Source: an uncultured Clostridia bacterium
GTDB lineage: Bacteria > Bacillota > Clostridia > TANB77 > CAG-508
Direction of reading: 5' to 3'
Length of the DNA: 64,000 bases
Assembly: GCA_947631915.1 (NCBI GenBank)
Contig: CANRNC010000002.1
Coordinates: 56,628 to 120,627 of the forward strand
The notes under the pieces are model-generated. The model saw nothing but the letters and a program-made list of their open reading frames with translations. It was not told the DNA's origin and searched no databases. Numbering within the stretch: position 1 is the first letter of the stretch; each line of letters opens with the position of its first letter. Position numbers and translations under genes: made by a program. Positions 9,118 through 20,109 of this stretch are shown piece after piece.

Positions 9118-12100
9118 TTATTTATTTAGAAATCTGATGTCTTTTATGTTTGATTCTTTTCCTTTTCTTGGTGCTACCCAGAAGATTAAGTATCCACTTA
9201 TTATGCATGATATTGTTAGCATTATTAGGATTATTATACTTACTGTTTCTCCTGTCTTTATGCTTATTACTATTGTTGCTTCTGATATATCGTCATCTTT
9301 GTTTGTGTCTTCATAGTTTGCTAGGTTTTCTCCTCCTACTAACTCTGCTTTATTTGATTTTGGTCCTAAGTTTTCCTCACTATTTTCCCAGATTAATGTT
9401 ATTGTTAATTCTTTGCTTTCTCCTACTCCTAGTTCTACTTCTGCTTCCAATGTTCCGTCTCCATTTTCTTTCCAGTAATCTGGCACTATTAATCCTTTAT
9501 ATCCTTCTGGTAATTTGTCTACTACTTTTGCTGTTCCTGCTAGCTCTCCTTTATTTGTTACCTTTATCTTGTAATCTGCTATTACACTTGTATTTTCTAT
9601 CTCTGATGGCTTTAATTCTATTTTTGCTAACTTGTTGTCTTTTATTTGTACTTCTTGTCCATTTAATGTTACTCCTGCTAATGTCTTTTCTATTGAGAAG
9701 TTAAATACTTGCTTTCTATAATAGTAAATTACTGTGTCTGTTCCTTCTTTTATTGTTCCTTTTGTGTTTTCTGTGCTTCTTACATATATATAGTATGGTA
9801 TTTCTTTTTGCTCTGTTTCGTATTCTTCTCCTATGTTTCCAGTTATCTCATATGTATAGTTTGTTATAGTAGAATCATCAGGGTTTATTTTTTCAATATC
9901 TTTTTCTGTGTCTTGGTCTACATATCTTACTGTTACTTTTCCAGTTGCAATTTTCTCATATACATATATTACTATAGTTTCTTTTTCTGTTATTGTTCCT
10001 TCTTCTTCTCCTTTGGTCTCTATATATCTATAGTTTTCGATTTGCTTTGCCTCTGTTTTATAGCTTTCTCCTATGTGTCCTTCTATTATCTTGTCTTCTG
10101 CTATTTTATTTCCTTCTTTGTCTTGATATTTTACTATTACTCTCGCTTCATTACTTATGTAATATAGCACTATCTCTTGTTCTTCCTCTTGTATTGTTCC
10201 TGTTGCTTTTCCTTCATCAACATAGTTATATCCTTCTATCTCTTTTATTTCTGCATTATATGTACTTCCTATTTTTCCTGTTATTTCATATGTATATGGT
10301 TCGTTCTCTGTTCCTAAAATATCTTCTCCTGTTTCTTTGTCTACATATCGTATTGTTACTTTTCCTTCTACGTTTATATTTGTATCACAGCCTGTTGAGT
10401 CTACATCTACTTCATCTGTTGCTTCTAGTTTTACCTTTCCAATTACATTGTTTGTCATCTTTTCTTGTGTTAAATCTACTCCTTTATATGCTAGTTCTAT
10501 TTCTTTTGTCATATCTATTTTATAACTTTCTCCTAGTTCTTCTGTATCAATATCTCTTTCTTCTTCCCATGTTATCGTTCTTTTTGCTTCATTATACACT
10601 CCTTCATCTAATGTCGAGTTTTCTTCGTCTATTGCAAATGGTAGTTTATCTACTATTGTTATTGTTCCTTTTCCTACATAGTCTGGTACCTCTGCAGTAA
10701 ATTTTATCGTATAACTTATTTTATCCTCTTTAGTCGTTATTTCTTCTGTTCCTGTTTTGCTTATTTCTGCATTTAAATCTACTTCCTTTAACTTATATGT
10801 GTTTGTTATTGTATAGTTATAATTTGTTACTTCGTCTGTTTGTGTCTCTGTATTTGTTATTTCTGGTTCATTATAACATTCTAAATCTCCCACTTCTGTT
10901 TCACTTTCTTCTACTGTGTATGTTATTTTTTCTCCTGTCTCTTTGTTGTATTTTTGTAGTCCTTTTTCTTCATATGTCCAGTTGTTTTCTTCGTTTAGTT
11001 CTTGTGTTATTGATTTTTCTGCTTGGTCTACTGTTATTGTTACTGTTACACTTTCTGGTCTATCTCCTCTTAAATCTTCATCATCATCCCATTCTTTTAT
11101 TACTTTAAAGTTTACTTTGTAGTCTTGTTTTACTGCCACATTGTCTTCTATCTCTTCTTTCTCAAATTCTTGATTTCCTTTGTCTAGATGTCCTTCTGGG
11201 TAGTATGTTATTGTCTCTCCTTTTATTGCATTTACTAGCTCTTGTGTTACATCTTGATCTTTGTATACTAATGTTATTTCTTTTTCTATTTCCTCTGTGT
11301 AGTCTCCATCTTTAAATGTGTCTATCTCTACTTCTTTTGTCCATGTTATTGTTTGAGTTTCATCACTTTCGTTATAAACTCCCCCATCTAACTCTGATTT
11401 TGTTTGATCTATCTTTGCTGGTAGTGTATCTACTATCGTTATTGTTGCTTTTCCTATATAATTTCTTATTGTTGTATTGTATGTTATTGTATATGGTACT
11501 TCACCATCTTCTCTTGTTAGTACTGCTTCTCCTTCTTCATTCTTTTCCAATGTTACTACTTTTTCTATGCTCTTTTCTATACTTGGTGTTGTTAGTTTAT
11601 AATAGTAATTTACTTCTATTGTTCCTGTACCATATGTTCCTGTATAACCTTCTGGATGTTCATCTACACACATATAGTTCTTTGGCACTTCACTTGATAC
11701 ACTTGTTGTATACTCTTGTCCTATTATTCCTATTTTAGTTTCTGCTCCCACTAGTTCTATTGTTGTATATTTTTCTTCTTCTGTGTCTGCTTCTGCATCA
11801 TAGATGTAATGATGTACTATTACTTGTGCTGGTGCTTCTAATGTTGATTTTGAATATAGGTTTAATATTGGTATAATGTCAGCATTTATATTTGCATTTA
11901 CGTTGTTCTTTGTCCACTCTTTTGGAGTTGATGTCATTTCTGGGTCTAATGATAATACCTTTTCTCCATTGTTTAATGATAGTGAAAAGGTTCTGTACGC
12001 CTCTATAGTACTTTGAGTCCCACCTACTATCTTTCCACTCTTTACTTGTGCATCTTTTCCATTTATTGCTGGCTTTCCTTCTATTCGTGGATATTCTGCA

Positions 12101-15100
12101 TTTGTAACATTATCTTGACCTATTATTAAGGTTCCTTTATTGTCTATTACTGTTCCATTTTCATTCTTTATTAATGATGAGGTGTCTGTAGCACTCTGTG
12201 TTGTATCTTCATAAGATATTATTTTTAATGTACCATTATTTGTTATTCCTACGTTTGTATTTTTATAGGTTATTTCATTTCCTTGTAATGCTATTGTTAT
12301 ATCTACTTCTTCTGGTATAGTTATTGCTTCTTCTAAATCTACTATATTTTCATTTATTTCAATTGTTCCTGTTTTGTCTGTTGTGTTTGATATTACTGTT
12401 ACAGCTGTTGATAATGAATCAACAAAAGTATCTCCTACTTTTATTGAATTGTCAAAATCACCTATAGTACCTAACATTGCAATTTTTCCTAAATCATAAT
12501 ACTTCACTTCATATCCTTCAGGGTATGAAGTAACATCTCCGCTTAATGCATCCCATTCTCCTTTTACTATACCGTCATAGAAATTAAAGGTTCCATCGTT
12601 TGATATTCCATAATTTTCTCCTGCTATACTTGGAATTTGAATATTTACTTTTTTATCTTTATCATCACCTAGTGTCAATACTCCTTCATTCTCTATTCCT
12701 GTATCTGTGCAATTTATTGTTCCATATTTTACAGTTACATTTCCATTTTCTTCATTATATATTCCTGTTTCTGCACTTATATTTATAGTATTTTCTAAAT
12801 TTTCAGTATCTTCACCTAAATTTACTGTACCATTTTCAGCATTCCAAATTCCATATGAACTACTTCCAGTTCCAGATATATTTCCTTTTATTAACGTTAT
12901 TACGCCTGACTCATTATATATTCCAATTGAATCTGTGCCATAAGTATCCCCATAGCTGTCTTCCCATAATGAATTTACATATGTAGATATACTTCCTCCT
13001 GACATTTTTACTGTTCCATTTTCATTGTTATATATTCCATATGGATACCAACCATATTTTGGAGAAGTTATGGATAAATTTATACTTCCGCCACTTATTG
13101 TTGTATTTCCTCCACTATTATTTATACCATATATATAAGCATAATTTTTTCCTTCAATTTCTCCCATTAATTTTGTTAATTCAGTTACACTTATCTCTCC
13201 ATCTGATATCTCTAAAGTACCTTTATTTTCTATCGCTTCTTGTGAATTTACATTTTTTAACTCTATAGTACCTTTTTGTATTCTTAATGTAGCATCTGCT
13301 TCATTCTTTAATATTTTAGTATTCCCATAAATTTTTCCACTTGGCTCATCACTTGTTTCGTCTGTTAATATAAATTCTCCATTATTAGTTATAGTAGCGT
13401 ATGTTCTTATCTCTTTTCCATTTAAATTTAATGTTATTTTTTTATTTTCTCCTATAGTTAATTCTTGCAACATTGTAAAGTCTTTAACTAGCGTTATTTT
13501 ACTTTCACTTTCATCTTCACATGCATTAACTGCTGATTGCAAATCATTGTATAATTGACTTTCTAGATCTCCTACATAAGCTATACCTTCTTGTGTTCCT
13601 AATTTTACTTGTTCTCCTGAATCTATTTTTGTTGCTACTATTTCATAATTTTCTTCTTTCTCACTTATTGTTCCTACTATTGCTGCTTTTTCTCCTGTTA
13701 TTGTTCCATCATAAAATTTTATATTTCCATAAATACCACATGTTGCTCCTGTTATTGTTGCTTTATCATCTTCTACAGTATTCCCTTTCTCTCCTATAGT
13801 TGTTATTCCTGTACTCTTATTATATATTCCACATTTGTAAGTTGATGTACCTGTCGCTGTTAGAGAAATTTTTCCTTCTTTAAATACTATTTCTCCTACA
13901 CTATTATTATAGATTGCATATATTCTTTCACGTGCATTAGTAGATTTAACTTCATCTTTTACTATTATATTCCCTTGTACTGTTACTTTTCCATTGCTGT
14001 TATTGTAAATTCCATATATAGTTCCATTAACTGTTATTTCTTTTTCTATTACTATGTTTCCATTGCTATTATTATAAATTCCATAAATACTTGATACGTT
14101 AGTATCTGATGCAGGATTATTTAACACTTTACCTCTTACTGTTATAGTGCCTGCACTTTCATTATAAATTGCATATGTTCTTGCTGTTATTGTTATAGTA
14201 TCACTACCATCTTCTTTACCTAAAACAATGTTTCCTCCATCTTTATTATAAATTCCATATGCGTTAGATCCATAATGTGATGATGAAGAAATAGTTCCAC
14301 CTTCTACTTCTACTTCTCCTGTTTTTTCATCATATATTGCATAGGAATTACTTGATTGTGTTTTTGTAGTTACTGTTATATTTTCATCATGTATTGTTAC
14401 TTTACTTGTGCTCGCATTGTAAATTCCATATGCATTTGAATAATTATTAGTAGTATTTGAAGATATCTTTCCTCCATTTATTGTTATTTGTCCTGTTCCT
14501 TCATTATAAATTCCATACGTATTTGAATATTGACTTGTAGTACTTGCAGATATAGTTCCTTCTGTTATTGTTGCTACACCTTCTCCTTCATTATAGATTG
14601 CATATGCATTATATGGGGTATTATATGTTCCTTCTTTCGCATTTTCTATACTAATATTAGAACCTTGTATATTTAATGTTCCTTTATTTTCAATGGCTTT
14701 TCCATAATTTCTTGAAGTTAGTGTTGTGTTTTGTATTTCTAAAGTTGCTTCTTCATTATTTAATACTATAGTTCCCGTTTCGTTTACTATACTTCCTTTC
14801 TTATCTGCTGTATCTTTTATGTGTAATTTTCCATTATTTTTTATTGTGTTATTGTTTGAAGCTGTTATTGTGTGTCCTGCTAAGTCTAGTGTAATATCCT
14901 TATCTTGACTAATTTCTAATGAATTAGCTCGTTCATTTATTGTAGTATTTAGTATCAAAGTTATTGTATCTGCTTCTCCTGATATTGCTGATATAGCTTT
15001 TTCTAATGATGTATATTCTTGATTATTAGAGGTTAGACGTGCTATATAAACCTTTTCTAGTACTGCAATTTCTCGTCCGCTTAATACCTCATATTTTTCG

Positions 15101-18100
15101 CTTTCCCCATGTTTATATTTTACTATATTATAATCATCTGCCCAATCTGAAACTATACCATAAATACTTTTTGATGTACCACCTACTATTCTTCCATCAT
15201 AAAAATTAAATGCTCCTGCTGATTCATTATATACTCCATATGATTGCCCTGCTCCATTTGGTTGTCCTTCTATTTTAGGCATGTCCGTATCTGTTTCGCT
15301 ATCTTCTTTTATTCCTACTTCTATCGTTCCATTATTCTTATTATAAATTCCATATGAACTTCCTGCAGATGAAGAAGAAGATATACTTCCGTCTTTTATT
15401 GTTACTTTTCCTATTCCTTCATTATAGATTCCATATGCTGATTTGTTAGATGTATATGCTGTAATGGTTCCTTTATCTTCAATTGTTATACTTCCTTCTC
15501 CTACATTACAAATTCCATATGCATTTGAATAAGAATTATCAGCTTTTGAAGATATTGTTGCTGTTGTTATTTTTATATTTCCTTCTCCGCTATTATAAAC
15601 GCCATATGGTGTACTTTCAGTCAACAAATCACTACGTGTTCTAGATGATGATATTTCTCCTGATTTTATATCTATTTCTCCTTCTCCACTATTATAAACT
15701 CCATACATACTACTTGCAGGAGATGTTAAACTTATTTGCATATTTTGCATTGTTATTGTTCCGGCTTCTTCGTTATAAATTCCATATAGTATTTTTGCAG
15801 TTCCCTTTGGTTTCAAAACTGAATTCTCTAGATGTATGACTCCTCCTTCTATTGTTACTTGTCCCCCTATGTTGTGTACTCCAGAAGCGTTTGAGACGTC
15901 TACACTATCTGCTGTTACATTTATTTTTCCACCTAGTATTTTTAGAGTTCCTCTATTTTCTATTACTTCCTGTTCTTCTTTATCATTTTTTAGGTCTAAT
16001 GTTATTTCTCCTTTTGTTATTGTTAATTTACCATTTGCTTCATTCTTAATTATATTTTCATTTCCATATATTCTTCCGCTTGCATCCGTTAATTCATCTG
16101 TTACATTAAATTCGCCTTTATTAATTATTGCTCCATTTGTAAATGTTCTTACTTCTTTTCCATTTAAATTTAAAGTTATTTTTTTATCTTCTGCTATAGT
16201 TACTGGTGTTGTTATTGTTATATCCTTTACTAATGTTATTTTATCATTTTCATTGCATGCATTAATAGCTGACTCTAAATCGTTATAATATGTAGTTTCT
16301 TCCTCCCCTACATATGCTACATTTGCTTGTTTACCTAATTCTACTTGCATCACTCCATCTTCTTCTGTTAATAATATTTCGTTATAAGCTTCTTCTGTAT
16401 CATTTATTGTTCCTTTTATTGCTTCTATTTGACCTTTTATTATACCATCATAATATTTTATGTTTCCAACGACTCCATATTTAGTTCCTGTTATTGCTAC
16501 TTTTTCATTTTCTAAAGTTCCATCTTTTTCTCCTATAACTACTATTCCGTTAGTCTTATTATATATTCCAGACGATGCTGTTGAAGATATAACTCCTTGT
16601 TTTATTGTTATTTCTCCACTATCATTATTATAAATTCCATCTGAAAATGCTGTTATAATATTGTTCTCTCCTTCTGTATTTATTCTTCCTGTCCCTTCAT
16701 TATAAATTCCATATGCCTCTGAAGTTATATTTACTCCCTTTAGTGTTATACTTCCTAATCCACTATTATAGATTCCTTCTACTTTATAATTAGTTGGCTT
16801 CTCTTCTGATGTTATAGTTATATTTGTTTCTTGTATTGTTATATTTCCTTCGCCTGTATTACTAATCGCAGATGCAATTCTTGCATTTTCTGTACCTGTT
16901 ACAGAAATATCAACTTCCTCTATTGTTATATTTCCTGATCCACTATTGTTTATTAGAGTAGTATTTGTTCCTGTCATTTCTACATTTTTAATTAACATTT
17001 CTCCTATTCCATTGTTATAAATTCGACCTATATCTAGTGAATTTTGTCCATCTATTATTACTTCTGTGTTTCCTTCATTTTTAATTGCGACATCGTCGGG
17101 TGATATATTTCCTCCTGTTATTGTTATCTTTCCTTGTGTATACTTATCATTATTAATTGCACAATCGCCTTGTATATTTCCGCCTTGTATATTTCCTCTT
17201 TGTATATTTCCTCCTGTAATTGTTAGTTCTCCATTTTCACACATGTCAATTCCATATGAATATCCACCATAATTTTGCTCAAAAGATATTGTACCATCTA
17301 GCATTATTACTTCTCCACCGTTTTCTATCCCCGCTGTAGTGCCATAAGCTGGATTGTTAGTTATATTTCCGCCATATATCTCAAAAGTTCCGTAATTCAT
17401 TGTTATTGCATAAGCTTCTGAATTAATTGTTCCACTTGTTAGTTTTAAATGTGCTCCTTCTTCATTATATATACAAGTACTGCTATTACTATATATTTTT
17501 CCTTTTATTGTATTTTCAGGATCTTCTTCTTTTATAGCTGAATCTATTATTTCTAATCTACCATAATTTTCTATTACAACTTCTGCTACTCCATTTGTTA
17601 CTGTAAAACCATTTAAGTCTAATAATATATTTTTTGTGTTATCTACTACAATAGTTTTATCTTTAGTTATTTCCGCTACCACATCTATTTCTATTTGATC
17701 TTGTATTGTTCCAACTTTGTTATTTGCGTCTTCTATTGCTTCTTCTATTTTTGTATATTTTGTTGTCCCTATCTTTGCTTCTATTCCTGATACCTTTTGT
17801 AATATGTCTTTAAATATTCCATCTTCACCTAATTTTGTTAGTGTTGATTCATATAATAATGGTGTATCTGTTATTTTTCCTTCTACTGGTACTTTTCCTT
17901 GTATTTGTCCATCATAAAAATTAAATACTCCTCCAAGATTAAACACACCTTTTAAGCCTCCTTTTATAAATGGGGCTTCTGTGTCTGGTTCTGCTAATAT
18001 ATCTTCATTTTCTCCTAATGTTACTGTTGCTTGTTCTCCTATTTGTATTGCTACATAGTTTTCGCTACATACACTTCCTTTGCATGGTGTAGCTCCATCA

Positions 18101-19629
18101 TCACTTTCTTTTTTGCTTGAATGTTTTCCTTTTAATTGTCCTGATAGAGTTTCATCTTTTATGTAATTTGCTATATCATATTTATTATCTACTATTATTA
18201 AATTTCCACTTTCTACTTTTAGGGTTGGTTCTTGTAATTTTGAGGTTATTGTATACCCATTTAAGTCTAATAATATGTTCTTGTTTGCTATCTTTGTTGA
18301 ATCATTTTTTACATCTGCTACCATTTGAACTACTACTTGTCCATCTTCTGCTGTTATTTTTTGTGTATCTAGAGCTTCCATTAATTTCGTTAATGTATTA
18401 TATTCTTTTCCTATTAGGTCTTTTCCTTTTTCTGGTGCTTGTAACATTATTGCTACTACTTTTTCCTCTTCCTCTGTTAGTCCTTTGATTTGGAATGTTG
18501 CATATTTTGTATTTCCTGCTTTGTCTGATACCCATGCATAATATGTTCCGTCTTTTGTTATTCCTCCTATTTTGGCTGTTATTGGTTCATTTTTGCTTTC
18601 TTCTACTAGTATAAAATCATCTGGTTTTTCTGTTGTTCTTGTTATTGCATATCCATATATTTCTGATTTTCCATATGCGTCTGTTGCAGTTGCGTCTTGC
18701 ATGCTTATTTCGACTGTTGCCTCGTCTTTTGTTTCATTTACTTCTGTTTTTGTTACTGTTATGCTTGGCTCTAGTTTATCTATGTTATTTATTGTTAATG
18801 ATTTTATTCCACTATATTTTCCATCTTTATATTTTGATTTTGCATATAATGTTCCGTTTTTCTGTATTTCTATCCCTGTTTCTGGGTCATATTTTTTCCA
18901 TTTGTTTTCTTCCTGTTCTTCTATCTCCCCTTCTATTGGAGCATCATTATATGATATTATATAATATATTTCTACATCTTTGTTTCCTTTTATTTTTATT
19001 CTTCCGTTTTCTTCTTCATATGCAAATATTGCTGTATTTTCTTCTGACCCTTGTGCTGTTTCTTCTTGTCCTTCTTTCTCTTTTGTTATGTCTTTTACAT
19101 ATGCTTCTAGTTCTCCTGCTTGTGTTGCATCTACTTCTATCGTTGCTTTTTTGAAGGTTTGTTCATAATCTGTTATTGTCTCCTTGTTTTCTATTTCTAT
19201 ATCGTAGCTTTCGCCTTCCTTTATTCCATCTATCTTTAATTTTATTCCTTCTTCTGGAACTTCTATAACCCCTTGTTCATCATTTATTTGTTCATTACTT
19301 TCTGCATTAAAAAAGCTAATAGTTAGTTCTTCACTATTAGGGGTTACACTTATTTTATTACCTGCTAATTGAGTATTGTCTATTGTGCTTAATTCGTTTA
19401 GCATCATGTATATGCTATATACTTTTGGCTCTTCTACTTCTTCAATATCACCTTGCACTTGTTGCGTGTCTATTTTTGCAATTTCTGTAATGTTGCCCCA
19501 TAGTAATCCTAGCGTTGTTATGATTGCTATTAGCGTTAATATTATACATGATGTAATTACAACAGGCACATTACAATGTGCCCATACACATGAAAATACA
19601 TTTTGTTTTTTTCTTTCGTTTGGTTCCAT
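9118..19629 (-). CDS. Giant (~3500 aa) cell-surface protein: parallel beta-helix (GIYN) repeats, isopeptide/Cna-B-like and MucBP-like domains, C-terminal sorting signal
   Basis: N-terminal hydrophobic segment; many YGIYN..G repeats; KEWDD..RPESVTV (Cna-B-like); V.V.Y.D...KEIEGY (MucBP-like); SIKTG + TM + basic tail. Start placed at ATG 19629 behind GGAGG. Confidence 0.85.
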   Translation of the reverse strand: MEPNERKKQNVFSCVWAHCNVPVVITSCIILTLIAIITTLGLLWGNITEIAKIDTQQVQGDIEEVEEPKVYSIYMMLNELSTIDNTQLAGNKISVTPNSEELTISFFNAESNEQINDEQGVIEVPEEGIKLKIDGIKEGESYDIEIENKETITDYEQTFKKATIEVDATQAGELEAYVKDITKEKEGQEETAQGSEENTAIFAYEEENGRIKIKGNKDVEIYYIISYNDAPIEGEIEEQEENKWKKYDPETGIEIQKNGTLYAKSKYKDGKYSGIKSLTINNIDKLEPSITVTKTEVNETKDEATVEISMQDATATDAYGKSEIYGYAITRTTEKPDDFILVEESKNEPITAKIGGITKDGTYYAWVSDKAGNTKYATFQIKGLTEEEEKVVAIMLQAPEKGKDLIGKEYNTLTKLMEALDTQKITAEDGQVVVQMVADVKNDSTKIANKNILLDLNGYTITSKLQEPTLKVESGNLIIVDNKYDIANYIKDETLSGQLKGKHSSKKESDDGATPCKGSVCSENYVAIQIGEQATVTLGENEDILAEPDTEAPFIKGGLKGVFNLGGVFNFYDGQIQGKVPVEGKITDTPLLYESTLTKLGEDGIFKDILQKVSGIEAKIGTTKYTKIEEAIEDANNKVGTIQDQIEIDVVAEITKDKTIVVDNTKNILLDLNGFTVTNGVAEVVIENYGRLEIIDSAIKEEDPENTIKGKIYSNSSTCIYNEEGAHLKLTSGTINSEAYAITMNYGTFEIYGGNITNNPAYGTTAGIENGGEVIMLDGTISFEQNYGGYSYGIDMCENGELTITGGNIQRGNIQGGNIQGDCAINNDKYTQGKITITGGNISPDDVAIKNEGNTEVIIDGQNSLDIGRIYNNGIGEMLIKNVEMTGTNTTLINNSGSGNITIEEVDISVTGTENARIASAISNTGEGNITIQETNITITSEEKPTNYKVEGIYNSGLGSITLKGVNITSEAYGIYNEGTGRINTEGENNIITAFSDGIYNNDSGEITIKQGVISSTASSGIYNKTNGIVVIGEKDGTLENEKVAITGTKYGVVGNIKYYDGIIKGQIEAIKGTINDTEEAYNEILLTEEDGVMQVELGKQANVAYVGEEETTYYNDLESAINACNENDKITLVKDITITTPVTIAEDKKITLNLNGKEVRTFTNGAIINKGEFNVTDELTDASGRIYGNENIIKNEANGKLTITKGEITLDLKNDKEEQEVIENRGTLKILGGKINVTADSVDVSNASGVHNIGGQVTIEGGVIHLENSVLKPKGTAKILYGIYNEEAGTITMQNMQISLTSPASSMYGVYNSGEGEIDIKSGEISSSRTRSDLLTESTPYGVYNSGEGNIKITTATISSKADNSYSNAYGICNVGEGSITIEDKGTITAYTSNKSAYGIYNEGIGKVTIKDGSISSSSSAGSSYGIYNKNNGTIEVGIKEDSETDTDMPKIEGQPNGAGQSYGVYNESAGAFNFYDGRIVGGTSKSIYGIVSDWADDYNIVKYKHGESEKYEVLSGREIAVLEKVYIARLTSNNQEYTSLEKAISAISGEADTITLILNTTINERANSLEISQDKDITLDLAGHTITASNNNTIKNNGKLHIKDTADKKGSIVNETGTIVLNNEEATLEIQNTTLTSRNYGKAIENKGTLNIQGSNISIENAKEGTYNTPYNAYAIYNEGEGVATITEGTISASTTSQYSNTYGIYNEGTGQITINGGKISSNTTNNYSNAYGIYNASTSKVTIHDENITVTTKTQSSNSYAIYDEKTGEVEVEGGTISSSSHYGSNAYGIYNKDGGNIVLGKEDGSDTITITARTYAIYNESAGTITVRGKVLNNPASDTNVSSIYGIYNNSNGNIVIEKEITVNGTIYGIYNNSNGKVTVQGNIIVKDEVKSTNARERIYAIYNNSVGEIVFKEGKISLTATGTSTYKCGIYNKSTGITTIGEKGNTVEDDKATITGATCGIYGNIKFYDGTITGEKAAIVGTISEKEENYEIVATKIDSGEQVKLGTQEGIAYVGDLESQLYNDLQSAVNACEDESESKITLVKDFTMLQELTIGENKKITLNLNGKEIRTYATITNNGEFILTDETSDEPSGKIYGNTKILKNEADATLRIQKGTIELKNVNSQEAIENKGTLEISDGEISVTELTKLMGEIEGKNYAYIYGINNSGGNTTISGGSINLSITSPKYGWYPYGIYNNENGTVKMSGGSISTYVNSLWEDSYGDTYGTDSIGIYNESGVITLIKGNISGTGSSSYGIWNAENGTVNLGEDTENLENTINISAETGIYNEENGNVTVKYGTINCTDTGIENEGVLTLGDDKDKKVNIQIPSIAGENYGISNDGTFNFYDGIVKGEWDALSGDVTSYPEGYEVKYYDLGKIAMLGTIGDFDNSIKVGDTFVDSLSTAVTVISNTTDKTGTIEINENIVDLEEAITIPEEVDITIALQGNEITYKNTNVGITNNGTLKIISYEDTTQSATDTSSLIKNENGTVIDNKGTLIIGQDNVTNAEYPRIEGKPAINGKDAQVKSGKIVGGTQSTIEAYRTFSLSLNNGEKVLSLDPEMTSTPKEWTKNNVNANINADIIPILNLYSKSTLEAPAQVIVHHYIYDAEADTEEEKYTTIELVGAETKIGIIGQEYTTSVSSEVPKNYMCVDEHPEGYTGTYGTGTIEVNYYYKLTTPSIEKSIEKVVTLEKNEEGEAVLTREDGEVPYTITYNTTIRNYIGKATITIVDTLPAKIDQTKSELDGGVYNESDETQTITWTKEVEIDTFKDGDYTEEIEKEITLVYKDQDVTQELVNAIKGETITYYPEGHLDKGNQEFEKEEIEDNVAVKQDYKVNFKVIKEWDDDEDLRGDRPESVTVTITVDQAEKSITQELNEENNWTYEEKGLQKYNKETGEKITYTVEESETEVGDLECYNEPEITNTETQTDEVTNYNYTITNTYKLKEVDLNAEISKTGTEEITTKEDKISYTIKFTAEVPDYVGKGTITIVDKLPFAIDEENSTLDEGVYNEAKRTITWEEERDIDTEELGESYKIDMTKEIELAYKGVDLTQEKMTNNVIGKVKLEATDEVDVDSTGCDTNINVEGKVTIRYVDKETGEDILGTENEPYTYEITGKIGSTYNAEIKEIEGYNYVDEGKATGTIQEEEQEIVLYYISNEARVIVKYQDKEGNKIAEDKIIEGHIGESYKTEAKQIENYRYIETKGEEEGTITEKETIVIYVYEKIATGKVTVRYVDQDTEKDIEKINPDDSTITNYTYEITGNIGEEYETEQKEIPYYIYVRSTENTKGTIKEGTDTVIYYYRKQVFNFSIEKTLAGVTLNGQEVQIKDNKLAKIELKPSEIENTSVIADYKIKVTNKGELAGTAKVVDKLPEGYKGLIVPDYWKENGDGTLEAEVELGVGESKELTITLIWENSEENLGPKSNKAELVGGENLANYEDTNKDDDISEATIVISIKTGETVSIIILIMLTISCIISGYLIFWVAPRKGKESNIKDIRFLNK

Positions 19630-19829
19630 AGATTTTACCTCCAAAAAAGTTAATTTTATTATTAAGATTTATACAATAATTTTAATATATATATAAATAT
19701 AAAGTAAATGGAGGTTTCTGTTTAAAATAGCCATTTTAGACGATTTTATTTACGGAAATTCAGGGTTTATGTGTTTATTTTTTATTAATGAAGTTTTATG
19801 TACATTTTTGTTTTATTTTGGTGGTTTTG

Positions 19830-20073
19830 TTAGGGAAATAGTTTTAGTGCACATGCAATGTGCCCCTACAATTTAATATATTTTTATTTTATTATTTTTT
19901 TGGTATGGAAATAAGGGCATATGCAATGTACCCCCTACATATAATCTATTTTTATTTTATTAGTTCTTTGGCATGGAAATAAGGGCACATGCAATGTGCC
20001 CCTACATAATTTCATTCTATTATTTCTATAGAAAATAGGGCACGGTACGCCGTGCCCCTACAGTTATTTATTT
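19830..20073 (-). repeat. Cluster of four tandem REP units (19847-19870, 19915-19939, 19983-20006, 20038-20062)
   Basis: GGGCACATGCAATGTGCCCCTACA variants, mostly preceded by GGAAATA-like sequence; the fourth has an altered but still paired stem (GGGCACGG-TACG-CCGTGCCC). Confidence 0.9.
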
Positions 20074-20109
20074 TGTTACGGAAATAGGATGTACAGATAC
20101 ATACGCATT

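Noticed and set aside
9118-9960. Diversity-generating retroelement template/variable repeat pair between the giant gene C-termini
   Set aside because: Differences are not adenine-specific, both copies are coding, and no reverse transcriptase is present.
9150-19696. Many plus-strand Leu/Phe/Ser-rich ORFs overlapping giant gene 1
   Set aside because: Antisense shadows of an A-rich coding strand; no RBS or family motifs.
19830-20073. CRISPR-like array (about 36-bp repeats with about 30-bp gaps)
   Set aside because: Repeats are variable, gaps are low-complexity AT-rich and similar to each other, the same unit is dispersed elsewhere, and no cas genes are present; it is a REP cluster.
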